From sequence record SRR20825006_498: a DNA stretch of 64,000 nt; one strand, given 5' to 3'. Position numbers and translations under genes: made by a program. Numbering within the stretch: the stretch's first letter is position 1; every line of letters starts with the position of its first letter. This document shows positions 61,505-64,000 of the stretch, one piece after another. A model generated the notes under the pieces. It worked only from the letters and a program-made list of their open reading frames with translations. It was not told the origin of the DNA and did not search any database.

Positions 61505-62311
61505 ATGACCGGACTTATGCAGGGCAAGCGTGGCCTGATCATGGGAGTCGCCAACGATCACTCCATCGCATGGGGGATCGCAAAGGCGCTTCACGCTCAG
61601 GGCGCAGAAATGGCCTTCACCTATCAGGGAGAGGCGCTTGGACGCCGGGTCATGCCGCTGGCCGAACAGGTTGACTCGGATATGGTGCTCGCCTGCGATG
61701 TTGAAGACAGTGAAAGCGTGGACGCAACATTTGCGACCCTTCAGGAGCGCTGGGGCAAGCTTGATTTTCTCGTTCACGCCATTGGATTTTCCAATAAGAG
61801 CGAGTTGAAGGGCCTTTATGCCGACACAACACGCGATAATTTCGTGCGCACAATGGTGATATCCTGCTTCTCGTTCACCGAAGTTGCCAAACGTGCGGCT
61901 GATATGATGACCGATGGTGGCGCTATGCTGACGCTCACCTATGGCGGCTCCACGGCTGTGGTTCCAAACTACAATGTTATGGGTGTTGCCAAGGCCGGTC
62001 TTGAAGCATCGGTGCGCTATCTGGCAAGCGACTATGGTCCGCACGGCATCCGCGTCAACGCGATTTCGGCCGGGCCGGTGCGTACACTTGCCGGGGCCGG
62101 CGTATCGGATGCCCGGTTGATGTTTTCCTGGCAGCAAAAGAACGCACCGCTGCGTCGCTCGACGACGATCGAGGATGTCGGCGGCTCGGCCCTCTATCTG
62201 CTTTCGGACTTGTCTTCCGGCGTGACCGGCGAAGTTCATTTTGTCGATAACGGCTACAACATACTGTCGATGCCAATACCGGAAATGATGCGCCGCGGCG
62301 ATCCGCAGTAA
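61505..62311 (+). CDS. fabI: Enoyl-ACP reductase
   Basis: GVANDHSIAWGIA, YNVMGVAKA, NAISAGPVRTLA; alternative start 61490. Confidence 0.95.
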   Translation: MTGLMQGKRGLIMGVANDHSIAWGIAKALHAQGAEMAFTYQGEALGRRVMPLAEQVDSDMVLACDVEDSESVDATFATLQERWGKLDFLVHAIGFSNKSELKGLYADTTRDNFVRTMVISCFSFTEVAKRAADMMTDGGAMLTLTYGGSTAVVPNYNVMGVAKAGLEASVRYLASDYGPHGIRVNAISAGPVRTLAGAGVSDARLMFSWQQKNAPLRRSTTIEDVGGSALYLLSDLSSGVTGEVHFVDNGYNILSMPIPEMMRRGDPQ

Positions 62312-62348
62312 AGAACACCGGCAAGGCAGAGCAAGAACAGACCTGCAG

Positions 62349-62381
62349 CAAGCGTCGCTTTTTTTAAAAGGCGGCGCTTCG
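62349..62381 (+). terminator. Hairpin after fabI
   Basis: AAGCGTCGC-TTTTTTAAAAG-GCGGCGCTT. Confidence 0.55.
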
Positions 62382-63024
62382 TGGTTTTGTTTTGGCCACA
62401 AACCGGCGTAACAGCCTTTCTCCCGCCCAAGCGGTCCGCTGCAAGGTCTCCCGCACTGCTCCGACCAAAGCAAGGCCCGGTTTTATGCTCGACCACGCCG
62501 AAAACTCTGCGCCGGTATCATCGCACTCAACCTGCAATACGAGCCGGGCCAGTGTGATCACATCACCGCATTTTTGGCTCAAGCCCCATAGACAGCCAGA
62601 GCGCCGTGCGTGCGTTCGGACGTACCAAGGACGCTCGAACCTATTGAACCGACGCATCTTGCTTGCCGAAAAACGATTCCGCTTCTCGGACCGATAGGCT
62701 AAACGAATCTGCATATCCTATTTTAGTCATTCGATTGCTTTAATTAATCATCTATTTATCGACGCACACCTGATCGCTCTCTTTAGTGGATTTTTATCCC
62801 AGTTTCTCGTAAAAATAGGGGAAATTTCGACAATTTGTGGCATTTTAGCAACTCATATTTCTTAATCAACCGTATGATTGATTTTATCGAGTATACACCC
62901 CTTGCTGGACAAAGGGCTTATCTGGCTTATAGAGGCCAGACGACGAGGGACCCTGCCCGAACGTCTTTTAACTGCCCGCGCGGACCTATCTACCCGCCTT
63001 TTATGACCAAATGAGGTATACATT

Positions 63025-64000
63025 ATGAAGTTGAGAGGCCTTTTTCTTGGCACAACCGCTGTGATCGCAGCTGCCACCGGCGCTAATGCTGCAGATCCTG
63101 TCGTTGTTGTTGAACCGCAACCCACCAACAATTACGTTGAAGCTTGCGACGCATTCGGCGCAGGCTATTTCTACATCCCCGGTACGGAAACCTGCCTTGA
63201 TATTGGCGGTTATGTCCGTTTTCAGGTTGATGCCGACGACGATAACTGGGGCGTAATGACCCGTGGTCATCTTGATATTACGGCAAAGTCCGACACCGAA
63301 CTCGGCGTTCTGACCGGCGATATCCAGATCAACGCCAACGCTTACAGCGACGGTCGTGAAAATGATGTTGTTCTCGACAATGCCTATATCGGCCTCGGCG
63401 GCTTCCAGGCTGGTTACTTCGATACCTATTGGGACGAAGGTCTGACGGGCGAAGTTGACGATCTGGCAGGCAACACCAAGATCACCGAATTGCGTTACAT
63501 CTACGCAGCGAACGGCTTCATCGCCGCCCTGGCTCTTGATGCACTCGAAGCTGACATGGTTAGCGGTCTGGGCAACGGCTCCACCAACATGAACAAGCTT
63601 GGTGTCGCTGGCCGTATCGGTTTCAATGCAGGTGGCGTCAACGCCAAGCTGGACGTCGGCTACGATACATATAACGAAGAAGCAGCATTCCGCGCTCTTG
63701 GTGAAATCGCTGCCGGACCCGGCAGCATCCTGATTGGTGGCCTCTACAACACCGGTGCAAGTGCCTATGCCAAGACCTGGGATGTTGATTACATGGGTCA
63801 GAGCGATGCGTACTACGGCTACAGTGAATGGGCTGTTGCTGCGGGTTACCGCATGAACGTTACCGACAAGTTCCGTGTAACCCCGATGGTTCAGTACACG
63901 CAGCTGAAGACCGACAACTCCCTCGGCCTCGGCAACGATCCGGACGGCTGGACCGGCGGTGCCTACTTCGAATACGAATTGGTCAAGGACTTCTGGGCCA
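63025..64000 (+). CDS. Alphaproteobacterial porin (RopA/Omp2 family), runs off the window
   Basis: MKLRGLFLGTTAVIAAATGANAAD...YVEACDAFGAGYFYIPGTETCLDIGGYVRF; GAGG RBS. Confidence 0.93.
   Translation, partial: MKLRGLFLGTTAVIAAATGANAADPVVVVEPQPTNNYVEACDAFGAGYFYIPGTETCLDIGGYVRFQVDADDDNWGVMTRGHLDITAKSDTELGVLTGDIQINANAYSDGRENDVVLDNAYIGLGGFQAGYFDTYWDEGLTGEVDDLAGNTKITELRYIYAANGFIAALALDALEADMVSGLGNGSTNMNKLGVAGRIGFNAGGVNAKLDVGYDTYNEEAAFRALGEIAAGPGSILIGGLYNTGASAYAKTWDVDYMGQSDAYYGYSEWAVAAGYRMNVTDKFRVTPMVQYTQLKTDNSLGLGNDPDGWTGGAYFEYELVKDFWA

Noticed and set aside
62364..62714. 116-aa minus-strand ORF between fabI and the porin
   Set aside because: No recognisable domain or clear RBS; cannot be supported as a gene or remnant without a search
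1..64000. Mobile elements, prophage, defence systems, tRNA/rRNA
   Set aside because: No transposase, integrase, phage, nuclease or structural RNA signatures recognised

Overview
Ordinary-looking chromosomal segment of an alphaproteobacterium, most likely Rhizobiaceae (inferred from gene content and order). About 70 CDS and no tRNA, rRNA, CRISPR, phage, integrase or IS element recognised. In order: aglR/aglEFGA alpha-glucoside uptake; orphan KamA-family radical SAM enzyme; ornithine decarboxylase with the long speF leader; Ni/Co transporter pair; anaerobic ubiquinone genes ubiTUV and divergent ubiD; eda; CYTH-CHAD; trhO; uup; thiN; a MarR with an internally deleted MFS pump; opgG-I-H-C; TPP riboswitch with thiBPQ; rpoH2, carD, fdxA, hslR and a SUV3-like helicase; a LytTR/membrane-protein pair between two copies of a regulatory element; phaA/phaR without phaB; rpmF, mtgA, ispA, ubiG; rhodanese; SAM-II riboswitch with metA; irr; fabA-fabB-fabI; a partial porin. 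No clearly new multi-gene system is evident. The best leads are regulatory: a duplicated GANTC/NrdR-box-like element, a stop-free frame across the speF leader, an EcfG-type promoter on opgGIHC, a SqrR/BigR-like operator on the rhodanese, and the in-frame-deleted efflux pump. All calls are by eye, with no database searches.
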